Assembly: GCA_964016885.1 (NCBI GenBank)
Contig: OZ024740.1
Location: forward strand, 423,584,001-423,648,000
DNA: 64,000 nt
DNA from: Eledone cirrhosa
Lineage: Eukaryota
Direction: 5' to 3'
The translations under genes and the position numbers were made by a program. This document shows positions 9,401-24,400 of this stretch, piece by piece (the stretch's first letter is position 1; each line of letters starts with the position of its first letter). The notes below the pieces were generated by a model that saw nothing but the letters and a program-made list of their open reading frames with translations, was not told where the DNA came from and did not search any database.

Positions 9401-12400
9401 TGTAGTCCAATCTAATTCTATATAAGACTGTAGTGGTATTGACTAATGTACTCCAATCTAATTCTATATAAGACTGTAGTGGTATTGACTAATGTACTCC
9501 AATCTAATTCTATATAAGACTGTAGTGGTATTGACTAATGTACTCCAACCTAATTCTATATAAGACTGTAGTGGTACTGACTAATGTAGTCCAATCTAAT
9601 TCTATATAAGACTGTAGTGGTATTGACTAATGTAGTCCAATCTAATTCTATATAAGACTGTAGTGGTACTGACTAATGTAGTCCAATCTAATTCTATATA
9701 AGACTGTAGTGGTATTGACTAATGTACTCCAATCTAATTCTATATAAGACTGTAGTGGTATTGACTAATGTACTCCAATCTAATTCTATATAAGACTGTA
9801 GTGGTATTGACTAATGTACTCCAACCTAATTCTATATAAGACTGTAGTGGTACTGACTAATGTAGTCCAATCTAATTCTATATAAGACTGTAGTGGTATT
9901 GACTAATGTAGTCCAATCTAATTCTATATAAGACTGTAGTGGTACTGACTAATGTAGTCCAATCTAATTCTATATAAGACTGTAGTGGTATTGACTAATG
10001 TACTCCAATCTAATTCTATATAAGACTGTAGTGGTATTGACTAATGTAGTCCAATCTAATTCTATATAAGACAGTAGTGGTATTGACTAATGTACTCCAA
10101 TCTAATTCTATATAAGAATGTAGTGGTATTGACTAATGTACTCCAATCTAATTCTATGTAAGACTGTAGTGGTATTGACTAATGTAGTCCAATCTAATTC
10201 AATATAAGACTGTAGTGGTACTGACTAATGTACTCCAATCTAATTCTATATAAGACTGTAGTGGTACTGACTAATGTACTCCAATCTAATTCAATATAAG
10301 ACTGTAGTGGTATTGACTAATGTACTCCAATCTAATTCTATATAAGACTGTAGTGGTATTGACTAATGTACTCCAATCTAATTCTATATAAGACTGTAGT
10401 GGTATTGACTAATGTACTCCAATCTAATTCTATATAAGACTGTAGTGTTATTGACTAATGTACTCCAACCTAATTCTATATAAGCCTGTAGTGGTATTGA
10501 CTAATGTACTCCAATCTAATTCTATATAAGACTGTAGTGGTATTGACTAATGTACTCCAATCTAATTCTATATAAGACTGTAGTGGTACTGACTAATGTA
10601 CTCAAATCTAATTCTATATAAGACTGTAGTGGTACTGACTAATGTAGTCCAACCTAATTCTATATAAGACTGTAGTGGTATTGACTAATGTACTCCAATC
10701 TAATTCTATATAAGACTGTAGTGGTATTGACTAATGTAGTCCAATCTAATTCTATATAAGACTGTAGTGGCATTGACTAATGTACTCCAATCTAATTCTA
10801 TATAAGACTGTAGTGGCATTGACTAATGTACTCCAATCTAATTCTATATAAGACTGTAGTGGTATTGACTAATGTACTCCAATCTAATTCTATATAAGAC
10901 TGTAGTGGTATTGACTAATGTACTCCAATCTAATTCTATATAAGACTGTAGTGGTATTGACTAATGTAGTCCAATCTAATTCTATATAAGACTGTAGTGG
11001 CATTGACTAATGTACTCCAATCTAATTCTATATAAGACTGTAGTGGTATTGACTAATGTACTCCAATCTAATTCTATATAAGACTGTAGTGGTATTGACT
11101 AATGTACTCCAATCTAATTCTATATAAGACTGTAGTGGTATTGACTGATGTAGGCCAACCTAATTCTATATAAGACTGTAGTGGTATTGACTAATGTACT
11201 CCAATCTAATTCTATATAAGACTGTAGTGTTATTGACTAATGTAGTCCAATCTAATTCTATATAAGACTGTAGAGGTATTGACTAATGTAGTTCAATCTA
11301 ATTCTATATAAGACTGTAGTGGTATTGACTAATGTACTCCAATCTAATTCTATATAAGACTGTAGTGGTATTGACTAATGTACTCCAATCTAATTCTATA
11401 TAAGACTGTAGTGGTATTGACTAATGTAGTTCAATCTAATTCTATATAAGATTGTAGTGGTATTGACTAATGTAGTCCAATCTAATTCTATATAAGACTG
11501 TAGTGGTATTGACTAATGTAGTCCAATCTAATTCTATATAAGACTGTAGTGGTATTGACTAATGTACTCCAATCTAATTCTATATAAGACTGTAGTGGTA
11601 TTGACTAATGTACTCCAATCTAATTCTATATAAGACTGTAGTGGCATTGACTAATGAACTCCAATCTAATTCTATATAAGACTGTAGTGGTATTGACTAA
11701 TGAACTCCAATCTAATTCTATATAAGACTGTAGTGGTATGGACTAATGTAGTCCAATCTATTTCTATATAAGACTGTAGTGGTATTGACTAATGTACTCC
11801 AATCTAATTCTATATAAGACTGTAGTGGTATTGACTAATGTACTCCAATCTAATTCTATATGAGACTGTAGTGGTATTGACTAATGTACTCCAATCTAAT
11901 TCTATATAAGACTGTAGTGGTATTGACTAATGTACTCCAATCTAATTCTATATAAGACTGTAGTGGTATTGACTAATGTAGTCCAATCTATTTCTATATA
12001 AGACTGTAGTGGTATTGACTAATGTAGTCCAATCTATTTCTATATAAGACTGTAGTGGTATTCACTAATGTACTCCAATCTAATTCTATATAAGACTGTA
12101 GTGGTATTGACTGATGTACTCCAATCTAATTCTATATAAGACTGTAGTGGCATTGACTAATGAACTCCAATCTAATTCTATATAAGACTGTAGTGGTATT
12201 GACTAATGTACTCCAATCTAATTCTATATAAGACTGTAGTGGTATTGACTAATGAACTCCAATCTAATTCTATATAAGACTGTAGTGGTATTGACTAATG
12301 TACTCCAATCTAATTCTATATAAGACTGTAGTGGTACTGACTAATGTAGTCCAATCTAATACTATATAAGACTGTAGTGGTATTGACTAATGAACTCCAA

Positions 12401-15400
12401 TCTAATTCTATATAAGACTGTAGTGGTATTGACTAATGTAGTTCAATCTAATTCTATATAAGACTGTAGTGGTATTGACTAATGTATTCCAATCTAATTC
12501 TATATAAGACTGTAGTGGTACTGACTAATGTACTCCAATCTAATTCTATATAAGACTGTAGTGGTACTGACTAATGTACTCCAATCTAATTCTATATAAG
12601 ACTGTAGTGGTATTGACTAATGTAGTTCAATCTAATTCTATATAAGACTGTAGTGGTACTGACTAATGTAGTCCAATCTAATACTATATAAGACTGTAGT
12701 GGTATTGACTAATGAACTCCAATCTAATTCTATATAAGACTGTAGTGGTATTGACTAATGTAGTTCAATCTAATTCTATATAAGACTGTAGTGGTATGGA
12801 CTAATGTAGTCCAATCTATTTCTATATAAGACTGTAGTGGTATTGACTAATGTAGACCAATCTAATTCTATATAAGACTGTAGTGGTATTGACTAATGTA
12901 CTCCAATCTAATTCTATATAAGACTGTAGTGGTATTGACTAATGTAGTTCAATCTAATTCTATATAAGACTGTAGTGGTACTGACTAATGTACTCCAATC
13001 TAATTCTATATAAGACTGTAGTGGTACTGACTAATGTACTCCAATCTAATTCTATATAAGACTGTAGTGGTACTGACTAATGTACTCCAATCTAATTCTA
13101 TATAAGACTGTAGTGGTACTGACTAATGTACTCCAATCTAATTCTATATAAGACTGTAGTGGTACTGACTAATGTACTCCAATCTAATTCTATATAAGAC
13201 TGTAGTGGTATTGACTAATGTAGTCCAATCTAATTCTATATAAGACTGTAGTGGTATTGACTAATGTAGTCCAATCTAATTCTATATAAGACTGTAGTGG
13301 TACTGACTAATGTACTCCAATCTAATTCTATATAAGACTGTAGTGGTACTGACTAATGTACTCCAATCTAATTCAATATAAGACTGTAGTGGTATTGACT
13401 AATGTACTCCAATCTAATTCTATATAAGACTGTAGTGGTATTGACTAATGTACTCCAATCTAATTCTATATAAGACTGTAGTGGTATTGACTAATGTACT
13501 CCAATCTAATTCTATATAAGACTGTAGTGTTATTGACTAATGTACTCCAACCTAATTCTATATAAGCCTGTAGTGGTATTGACTAATGTACTCCAATCTA
13601 ATTCTATATAAGACTGTAGTGGTATTGACTAATGTACTCCAATCTAATTCTATATAAGACTGTAGTGGTACTGACTAATGTACTCAAATCTAATTCTATA
13701 TAAGACTGTAGTGGTACTGACTAATGTAGTCCAACCTAATTCTATATAAGACTGTAGTGGTATTGACTAATGTACTCCAATCTAATTCTATATAAGACTG
13801 TAGTGGTATTGACTAATGTAGTCCAATCTAATTCTATATAAGACTGTAGTGGCATTGACTAATGTACTCCAATCTAATTCTATATAAGACTGTAGTGGCA
13901 TTGACTAATGTACTCCAATCTAATTCTATATAAGACTGTAGTGGTATTGACTAATGTACTCCAATCTAATTCTATATAAGACTGTAGTGGTATTGACTAA
14001 TGTAGTCCAATCTATTTCTATATAAGACTGTAGTGGTATTGACTAATGTAGTCCAATCTATTTCTATATAAGACTGTAGTGGTATTGACTAATGTACTCC
14101 AATCTAATTCTATATAAGACTGTAGTGGTATTGACTAATGTACTCCAATCTAATTCTATATAAGACTGTAGTGGTATTGACTAATGTAGTCCAATCTAAT
14201 TCTATATAAGACTGTAGTGGTATTGACTAATGTAGTCCAATCTAATTCTATATAAGACTGTAGTGGTACTGACTAATGTAGTCCAACCTAATTCTATATA
14301 AGACTGTAGTGGTATTGACTAATGTAGTCCAATCTAATTCTATATAAGACTGTAGTGGTATTGACTAATGTAGTCCAATCTAATTCTATATAAGACTGTA
14401 GTGGTATTGACTAATGTACTCCAATCTAATTCTATATGAGACTGTAGTGGTATTGACTAATGTACTCCAATCTAATTCTATATAAGACTGTAGTGGTATT
14501 GACTAATGTACTCCAATCTAATTCTATATAAGACTGTAGTGGTATTGACTAATGTAGTCCAATCTATTTCTATATAAGACTGTAGTGGTATTGACTAATG
14601 TACTCCAATCTAATTCTATATAAGACTGTAGTGGTATTGACTAATGTAGTCCAATCTAATTCTATATAAGACTGTAGTGGTATTGACTAATGTAGTCCAA
14701 TCTATTTCTATATAAGACTGTAGTGGTATTGACTAATGTACTCCAATCTAATTCTATATAAGACTGTAGTGGTATTGACTAATGTAGTCCAATCTAATTC
14801 TATATAAGACTGTAGTGGTATTGACTAATGTAGTCCAATCTATTTCTATATAAGACTGTAGTGGTATTGACTAATGTACTCCAATCTAATTCTATATAAG
14901 ACTGTAGTGGTATTGACTAATGTAGTCCAATCTAATTCTATATAAGACTGTAGTGGTATTGACTAATGTAGTCCAATCTATTTCTATATAAGACTGTAGT
15001 GGTATTGACTAATGTACTCCAATCTAATTCTATATAAGACTGTAGTGGTATTGACTAATGTAGTCCAATCTAATTCTATATAAGACTGTAGTGGTATTGA
15101 CTAATGTAGTCCAATCTATTTCTATATAAGACTGTAGTGGTATTGACTAGTGTACTCCAATCTAATTCTATATAAGACTGTAGTGGTATTGACTAATGTA
15201 GTCCAATCTATTTCTATATAAGACTGTAGTGGTATTGACTAATGTAGTCCAATCTATTTCTATATAAGACTGTAGTGGTATTGACTAATGTAGTCCAATC
15301 TAATTCTATATAAGACTGTAGTGGTTATGACTAATATACTCCAATCTAATTCTATATAAGACTGTAGTGGTATTGACTAATGTACTCCAATCTAATTCTA

Positions 15401-18400
15401 TATGAGACTGTAGTGGTATTGACTAATGTACTCCAATCTAATTCTATATAAGACTGTAGTGGTATTGACTAATGTACTCCAATCTAATTCTATATAAGAC
15501 TGTAGTGGTATTGACTAATGTAGTCCAATCTATTTCTATATAAGACTGTAGTGGTATTGACTAATGTACTCCAATCTAATTCTATATGAGACTGTAGTGG
15601 TATTGACTAATGTACTCCAATCTAATTCTATATAAGATTGTAGTGGTATTGACTAATGTAGTCCAATCTATTTCTATATAAGACTGTAGTGGTATTGACT
15701 AATGTACTCCAATCTAATTCTATATAAGACTGTAGTGGTATTGACTAATGTAGTCCAATCTAATTCTATATAAGACTGTAGTGGTATTGACTAATGTAGT
15801 CCAATCTAATTCTATATAAGACTGTAGTGGTATTGACTAATGTAGTCCAATCTAATTCTATATAAGACTGTAGTGGTATTGACTAATGTAGTTCAATCTA
15901 ATTCTATATAAGACTGTAGTGGTATTGACTAATGTAGTCCAATCTAATTCTATATAAGACTGTAGTGGTATTGACTAATGTACTCCAACCTAATTCTATA
16001 TAAGACTGTAGTGGCATTGACTAATGTACTCCAATCTAATTCTATATAAGACTGTAGTGGTATTGACTAATGTACTCCAATCTAATTCTATATAAGACTG
16101 TAGTGGTATTGACTAATGTAGTTCAATCTAATTCTATATAAGACTGTAGTGGTATTGACTAATGTAGTCCAATCTAATTCTATATAAGACTGTAGTGGTA
16201 TTGACTAATGTACTCCAACCTAATTCTATATAAGACTGTAGTGGCATTGACTAATGTACTCCAATCTAATTCTATATAAGACTGTAGTGGTATTGACTAA
16301 TGTACTCCAATCTAATTCTATATAAGACTGTAGTGGTATTGACTAATGTAGTTCAATCTAATTCTATATAAGACTGTAGTGGTATTGACTAATGTAGTCC
16401 AATCTAATTCTATATAAGACTGTAGTGGTATTGACTAATGTACTCCAATCTAATTCTATATAAGACTGTAGTGGTATTGACTAATGTACTCCAATCTAAT
16501 TCTATATAAGACTGTAGTGGTATTGACTAATGTACTCCAATCTAATTCTATATAAGACTGTAGTGGTATTGACTAATGTAGTCCAATCTAATTCTATATA
16601 AGACTGTAGTGGTATTGACTAATGTAGTTCAATCTAATTCTATATAAGACTGTAGTGGTATTGACTAATGTAGTCCAATCTAATTCTATATAAGACTGTA
16701 GTGGTATTGACTAATGTAGTTCAATCTAATTCTATATAAGACTGTAGTGGTATTGACTAATGTAGTCCAATCTAATTCTATATAAGACTGTAGTGGTATT
16801 GACTAATGTAGTCCAATCTAATTCTATATAAGACTGTAGTGGTATTGACTAATGTACTCCAATCTAATTCTATATAAGACTGTAGTGGTATTGACTAATG
16901 TACTCCAATCTAATTCTATATAAGACTGTAGTGGTACTGACTAATGTACTCCAATCTAATTCTATATAAGACTGTAGTGGTACTGACTAATGTACTCCAA
17001 TCTAATTCAATATAAGACTGTAGTGGTATTGACTAATGTACTCCAATCTAATTCTATATAAGACTGTAGTGGTATTGACTAATGTACTCCAATCTAATTC
17101 TATATAAGACTGTAGTGGTATTGACTAATGTAGTCCAATCTAATTCTATATAAGACTGTAGTGGTATTGACTAATGTAGTTCAATCTAATTCTATATAAG
17201 ACTGTAGTGGTATTGACTAATGTAGTCCAATCTAATTCTATATAAGACTGTAGTGGTATTGACTAATGTAGTCCAATCTAATTCTATATAAGACTGTAGT
17301 GGTATTGACTAATGTACTCCAATCTAATTCTATATAAGACTGTAGTGGTATTGACTAATGTACTCCAATCTAATTCTATATAAGACTGTAGTGGTACTGA
17401 CTAATGTACTCCAATCTAATTCTATATAAGACTGTAGTGGTACTGACTAATGTACTCCAATCTAATTCAATATAAGACTGTAGTGGTATTGACTAATGTA
17501 CTCCAATCTAATTCTATATAAGACTGTAGTGGTATTGACTAATGTACTCCAATCTAATTCTATATAAGACTGTAGTGTTATTGACTAATGTACTCCAACC
17601 TAATTCTATATAAGCCTGTAGTGGTATTGACTAATGTACTCCAATCTAATTCTATATAAGACTGTAGTGGTATTGACTAATGTACTCCAATCTAATTCTA
17701 TATAAGACTGTAGTGGTACTGACTAATGTACTCAAATCTAATTCTATATAAGACTGTAGTGGTACTGACTAATGTAGTCCAACCTAATTCTATATAAGAC
17801 TGTAGTGGTATTGACTAATGTACTCCAATCTAATTCTATATAAGACTGTAGTGGTATTGACTAATGTAGTCCAATCTAATTCTATATAAGACTGCAGTGG
17901 CATTGACTAATGTACTCCAATCTAATTCTATATAAGACTGTAGTGGCATTGACTAATGTACTCCAATCTAATTCTATATAACACTGTAGTGGTATTGACT
18001 AATGTACTCCAATCTAATTCTATATAAGACTGTAGTGGTATTGACTAATGTAGTCCAACCTAATTCTATATAAGACTGTAGTGGTATTGACTAATGTACT
18101 CCAATCTAATTCTATATAAGACTGTAGTGGTATTGACTAATGTACTCCAATCTAATTCTATATAAGACTGTAGTGGTATTGACTAATGTACTCCAATCTA
18201 ATTCTATATAAGACTGTAGTGGTATTGACTAATGTAGTCCAATCTAATTCTATATAAGACTGTAGTGGTATTGACTAATGTAGTCCAATCTATTTCTATA
18301 TAAGACTGTAGTGGTATTGACTAATGTAGTCCAATCTATTTCTATATAAGACTGTAGTGGTATTGACTAATGTACTCCAATCTAATTCTATATAAGACTG

Positions 18401-21400
18401 TAGTGGTATTGACTAATGTACTCCAATCTAATTCTATATAAGACTGTAGTGGCATTGACTAATGAACTCCAATCTAATTCTATATAAGACTGTAGTGGTA
18501 TTGACTAATGTACTCCAATCTAATTCTATATAAGACTGTAGTGGTATTGACTAATGAACTCCAATCTAATTCTATATAAGACTGTAGTGGTATTGACTAA
18601 TGTAGTCCAATCTAATTCTATATAAGACTGTAGTGGTATTGACTAATGTACTCCAATCTAATTCTATATGAGACTGTAGTGGTATTGACTAATGTACTCC
18701 AATCTAATTCTATATAAGACTGTAGTGGTATTGACTAATGTACTCCAATCTAATTCTATATAAGACTGTAGTGGTATTGACTAATGTAGTCCAATCTATT
18801 TCTATATAAGACTGTAGTGGTATTGACTAATGTAGTCCAATCTATTTCTATATAAGACTGTAGTGGTATTGACTAATGTACTCCAATCTAATTCTATATG
18901 AGACTGTAGTGGTATTGACTAATGTACTCCAATCTAATTCTATATAAGACTGTAGTGGTATTGACTAATGTACTCCAATCTAATTCTATATAAGACTGTA
19001 GTGGTATTGACTAATGTAGTCCAATCTATTTCTATATAAGACTGTAGTGGTATTGACTAATGTACTCCAATCTAATTCTATATGAGACTGTAGTGGTATT
19101 GACTAATGTACTCCAATCTAATTCTATATGAGACTGTAGTGGTATTGACTAATGTACTCCAATCTAATTCTATATGAGACTGTAGTGGTATTGACGAATG
19201 TACTCCAACCTAATTCTATATAAGACTGTAGTGGTATTGACTAATGTACTCCAATCTAATTCTATATAAGACTGTAGTGGTACTGACTAATGTACTCCAA
19301 TCTAATTCTATATAAGACTGTAGTGGTATTGACTAATGTAGTCCAATCTAATTCTATATAAGACTGTAGTGGTATTGACTAATGTAGTCCAATCTAATTC
19401 TATATAAGACTGTAGTGGTATTGACTAATGTACTCCAATCTAATTCTATATAAGACTGTAGTGGTATTGACTAATGTACTCCAATCTAATTCTATATAAG
19501 ACTGTAGTGGTACTGACTAATGTACTCCAATCTAATTCTATATAAGACTGTAGTGGTACTGACTAATGTACTCCAATCTAATTCAATATAAGACTGTAGT
19601 GGTATTGACTAATGTACTCCAATCTAATTCTATATAAGACTGTAGTGGTTTTGACTAATGTACTCCAATCTAATTCTATATAAGACTGTAGTGGTATTGA
19701 CTAATGTACTCCAATCTAATTCTATATAAGACTGTAGTGTTATTGACTAATGTACTCCAACCTAATTCTATATAAGCCTGTAGTGGTATTGACTAATGTA
19801 CTCCAATCTAATTCTATATAAGACTGTAGTGGTATTGACTAATGTACTCCAATTTAATTCTATATAAGACTGTAGTGGTACTGACTAATGTACTCAAATC
19901 TAATTCTATATAAGACTGTAGTGGTACTGACTAATGTAGTCCAACCTAATTCTATATAAGACTGTAGTGGTATTGACTAATGTACTCCAATCTAATTCTA
20001 TATAAGACTGTAGTGGTATTGACTAATGTAGTCCAATCTAATTCTATATAAGACTGCAGTGGCATTGACTAATGTACTCCAATCTAATTCTATATAAGAC
20101 TGTAGTGGCATTGACTAATGTACTCCAATCTAATTCTATATAACACTGTAGTGGTATTGACTAATGTACTCCAATCTAATTCTATATAAGACTGTAGTGG
20201 TATTGACTAATGTAGTCCAACCTAATTCTATATAAGACTGTAGTGGTATTGACTAATGTACTCCAATCTAATTCTATATAAGACTGTAGTGGTATTGACT
20301 AATGTACTCCAATCTAATTCTATATAAGACTGTAGTGGTATTGACTAATGTACTCCAATCTAATTCTATATAAGACTGTAGTGGTATTGACTAATGTAGT
20401 CCAATCTAATTCTATATAAGACTGTAGTGGTATTGACTAATGTAGTCCAATCTAATTCTATATAAGACTGTAGTGGTATTGACTAATGTACTCCAATCTA
20501 ATTCTATATAAGACTGTAGTGGTATTGACTAATGTACTCCAATCTAATTCTATATGAGACTGTAGTGGTATTGACTAATGTACTCCAATCTAATTCTATA
20601 TAAGACTGTAGTGGTATTGACTAATGTAGTCCAATCTATTTCTATATAAGACTGTAGTGGTATTGACTAATGTAGTCCAATCTATTTCTATATAAGACTG
20701 TAGTGGTATTGACTAATGTACTCCAATCTAATTCTATATGAGACTGTAGTGGTATTGACTAATGTACTCCAATCTAATTCTATATGAGACTGTAGTGGTA
20801 TTGACTAATGTACTCCAATCTAATTCTATATGAGACTGTAGTGGTATTGACTAATGTACTCCAATCTAATTCTATATAAGACTGTAGTGGTATTGACTAA
20901 TGTACTCCAATCTAATTCTATATAAGACTGTAGTGGTATTGACTAATGTAGTCCAATCTAATTCTATATAAGACTGTAGTGGTACTGACTAATGTAGTCC
21001 AATCTAATTCTATATAAGACTGTAGTGGTATTGACTAATGTACTCCAATCTAATTCTATATAAGACTGTAGTGGTACTGACTAATGTACTCCAATCTAAT
21101 TCTATATAAGACTGTAGTGGTACTGACTAATGTACTCCAATCTAATTCTATATAAGACTGTAGTGGTACTGACTAATGTACTCCAATCTAATTCTATATA
21201 AGACTGTAGTGGTACTGACTAATGTACTCCAATCTAATTCTATATAAGACTGTAGTGGTATTGACTAATGTAGTCCAATCTAATTCTATATAAGACTGTA
21301 GTGGTATTGACTAATGTAGTCCAATCTAATTCTATATAAGACTGTAGTGGTACTGACTAATGTACTCCAATCTAATTCTATATAAGACTGTAGTGGTACT

Positions 21401-24400
21401 GACTAATGTACTCCAATCTAATTCAATATAAGACTGTAGTGGTATTGACTAATGTACTCCAATCTAATTCTATATAAGACTGTAGTGGTATTGACTAATG
21501 TACTCCAATCTAATTCTATATAAGACTGTAGTGGTATTGACTAATGTACTCCAATCTAATTCTATATAAGACTGTAGTGGTATTGACTAATGTAGTCCAA
21601 TCTAATTCTATATAAGACTGTAGTGGCATTGACTAATGTACTCCAATCTAATTCTATATAAGACTGTAGTGGCATTGACTAATGTACTCCAATCTAATTC
21701 TATATAAGACTGTAGTGGTATTGACTAATGTACTCCAATCTAATTCTATATAAGACTGTAGTGGTATTGACTAATGTACTCCAATCTAATTCTATATAAG
21801 ACTGTAGTGGTATTGACTAATGTAGTCCAATCTAATTCTATATAAGACTGTAGTGGCATTGACTAATGTACTCCAATCTAATTCTATATAAGACTGTAGT
21901 GGTATTGACTAATGTACTCCAATCTAATTCTATATAAGACTGTAGTGGTATTGACTAATGTAGTCCAACCTAATTCTATATAAGACTGTAGTGGTATTGA
22001 CTAATGTACTCCAATCTAATTCTATATAAGACTGTAGTTGTATTGACTAATGTACTCCAATCTAATTCTATATAAGACTGTAGTGGTATTGACTAATGTA
22101 CTCCAATCTAATTCTATATAAGACTGTAGTGGTATTGACTAATGTAGTCCAATCTAATTCTATATAAGACTGTAGTGGTATTGACTAATGTACTCCAATC
22201 TAATTCTATATAAGACTGTAGTGGTATTGACTAATGAACTCCAATCTAATTCTATATAAGACTGTAGTGGTATTGACTAATGTAGTCCAATCTAATTCTA
22301 TATAAGACTGTAGTGGTATTGACTAATGTACTCCAATCTAATTCTATATGAGACTGTAGTGGTATTGACTAATGTACTCCAATCTAATTCTATATAAGAC
22401 TGTAGTGGTATTGACTAATGTACTCCAATCTAATTCTATATAAGACTGTAGTGGTATTGTCTAATGTACTCCAATCTAATTCTATATAAGACTGTAGTGG
22501 TATTGACTAATGTAGTCCAATCTAATTCTATATAAGACTGTAGTGGTATTGACTAATGTACTCCAATCTAATTCTATATAAGACTGTAGTGGTATTGACT
22601 TATGTAGTCCAATCTATTTCTATATAAGACTGTAGTGGTATTGACTAATGTAGTTCAATCTAATTCTATATAAGACTGTAGTGGTACTGACTAATGTACT
22701 CCAATCTAATTCTATATAAGACTGTAGTGGTACTGACTAATGTACTCCAGTCTAATTCTATATAAGACTGTAGTGGTACTGACTAATGTACTCCAATCTA
22801 ATTCTATATAAGACTGTAGTGGTATTGACTAATGTAGTCCAATCTAATTCTATATAAGACTGTAGTGGTATTGACTAATGTAGTCCAATCTAATTCTATA
22901 TAAGACTGTAGTGGTATTGACTAATGTACTCCAATCTAATTCTATATAAGACTGTAGTGGTGCTGACTAATGTACTCCAATCTAATTCTATATAAGACTG
23001 TAGTGGTATTGACTAATGAACTCCAATCTAATTCTATATAAGACTGTAGTGGTACTGACTAATGTACTCCAATCTAATTCTATATAAGACTGTAGTGGTA
23101 CTGACTAATGTACTCCAATCTAATTCTATATAAGACTGTAGTGGTATTGACTAATGTAGTCCAATCTAATTCTATATAAGACTGTAGTGGTATTGACTAA
23201 TGTAGTCCAATCTAATTCTATATAAGACTGTAGTGGTATTGACTAATGTAGTCCAATCTAATTCTATATAAGACTGTAGTGGTATTGACTAATATACTCC
23301 AATCTAATTCTATATAAGACTGTAGTGGTATTGACTAATGTACTCCAATCTAATTCTATATAAGACTGTAGTGGTATTGACTAATATACTCCAATCTAAT
23401 TCTATATAAGACTGTAGTGGTATTGACTAATGTAGTCCAATCTAATTCTATATAAGACTGTAGTGGTATTGACTAATGTAGTCCAATCTAATTCTATATA
23501 AGACTGTAGTGGTATTGACTAATGTAGTCCAATCTAATTCTATATAAGACTGTAGTGGTATTGACTAATGTAGTCCAATCTAATTCTATATAAGACTGTA
23601 GTGGTATTGACTAATGTAGTCCAATCTAATTCTATATAAGACTGTAGTGGTATTGACTAATGTACTCCAATCTAACCAATCTAATTCTATATAAGACTGT
23701 AGTGGTATTGACTAATATACTCCAATCTAATTCTATATAAGACTGTAGTGGTATTGACTAATGTACTCCAATCTAATTCTATATAAGACTGTAGTGGTAT
23801 TGACTAATATACTCCAATCTAATTCTATATAAGACTGTAGTGGTATTGACTAATGTAGTCCAATCTAATTCTATATAAGACTGTAGTGGTATTGACTAAT
23901 GTAGTCCAATCTAATTCTATATAAGACTGTAGTGGTATTGACTAATGTAGTCCAATCTAATTCTATATAAGACTGTAGTGGTATTGACTAATGTAGTTCA
24001 ATCTAATTCTATATAAGACTGTAGTGGTATTGACTAATGTAGTTCAATCTAATTCTATATAAGACTGTAGTGGTATTGACTAATGTAGTCCAATCTAATT
24101 CTATATAAGACTGTAGTGGTATTGACTAATGTAGTTCAATCTAATTCTATATAAGACTGTAGTGGTATTGACTAATATACTCCAATCTAATTCTATATAA
24201 GACTGTAGTGGTATTGACTAATGTAGTCCAATCTAATTCTATATAAGACTGTAGTGGTATTGACTAATGTAGTTCAATCTAATTCTATATAAGACTGTAG
24301 TGGTATTGACTAATGTACTCCAATCTAATTCTATATAAGACTGTAGTGGTATTGACTAATGTACTCCAATCTAATTCTATATAAGACTGTAGTGGTATTG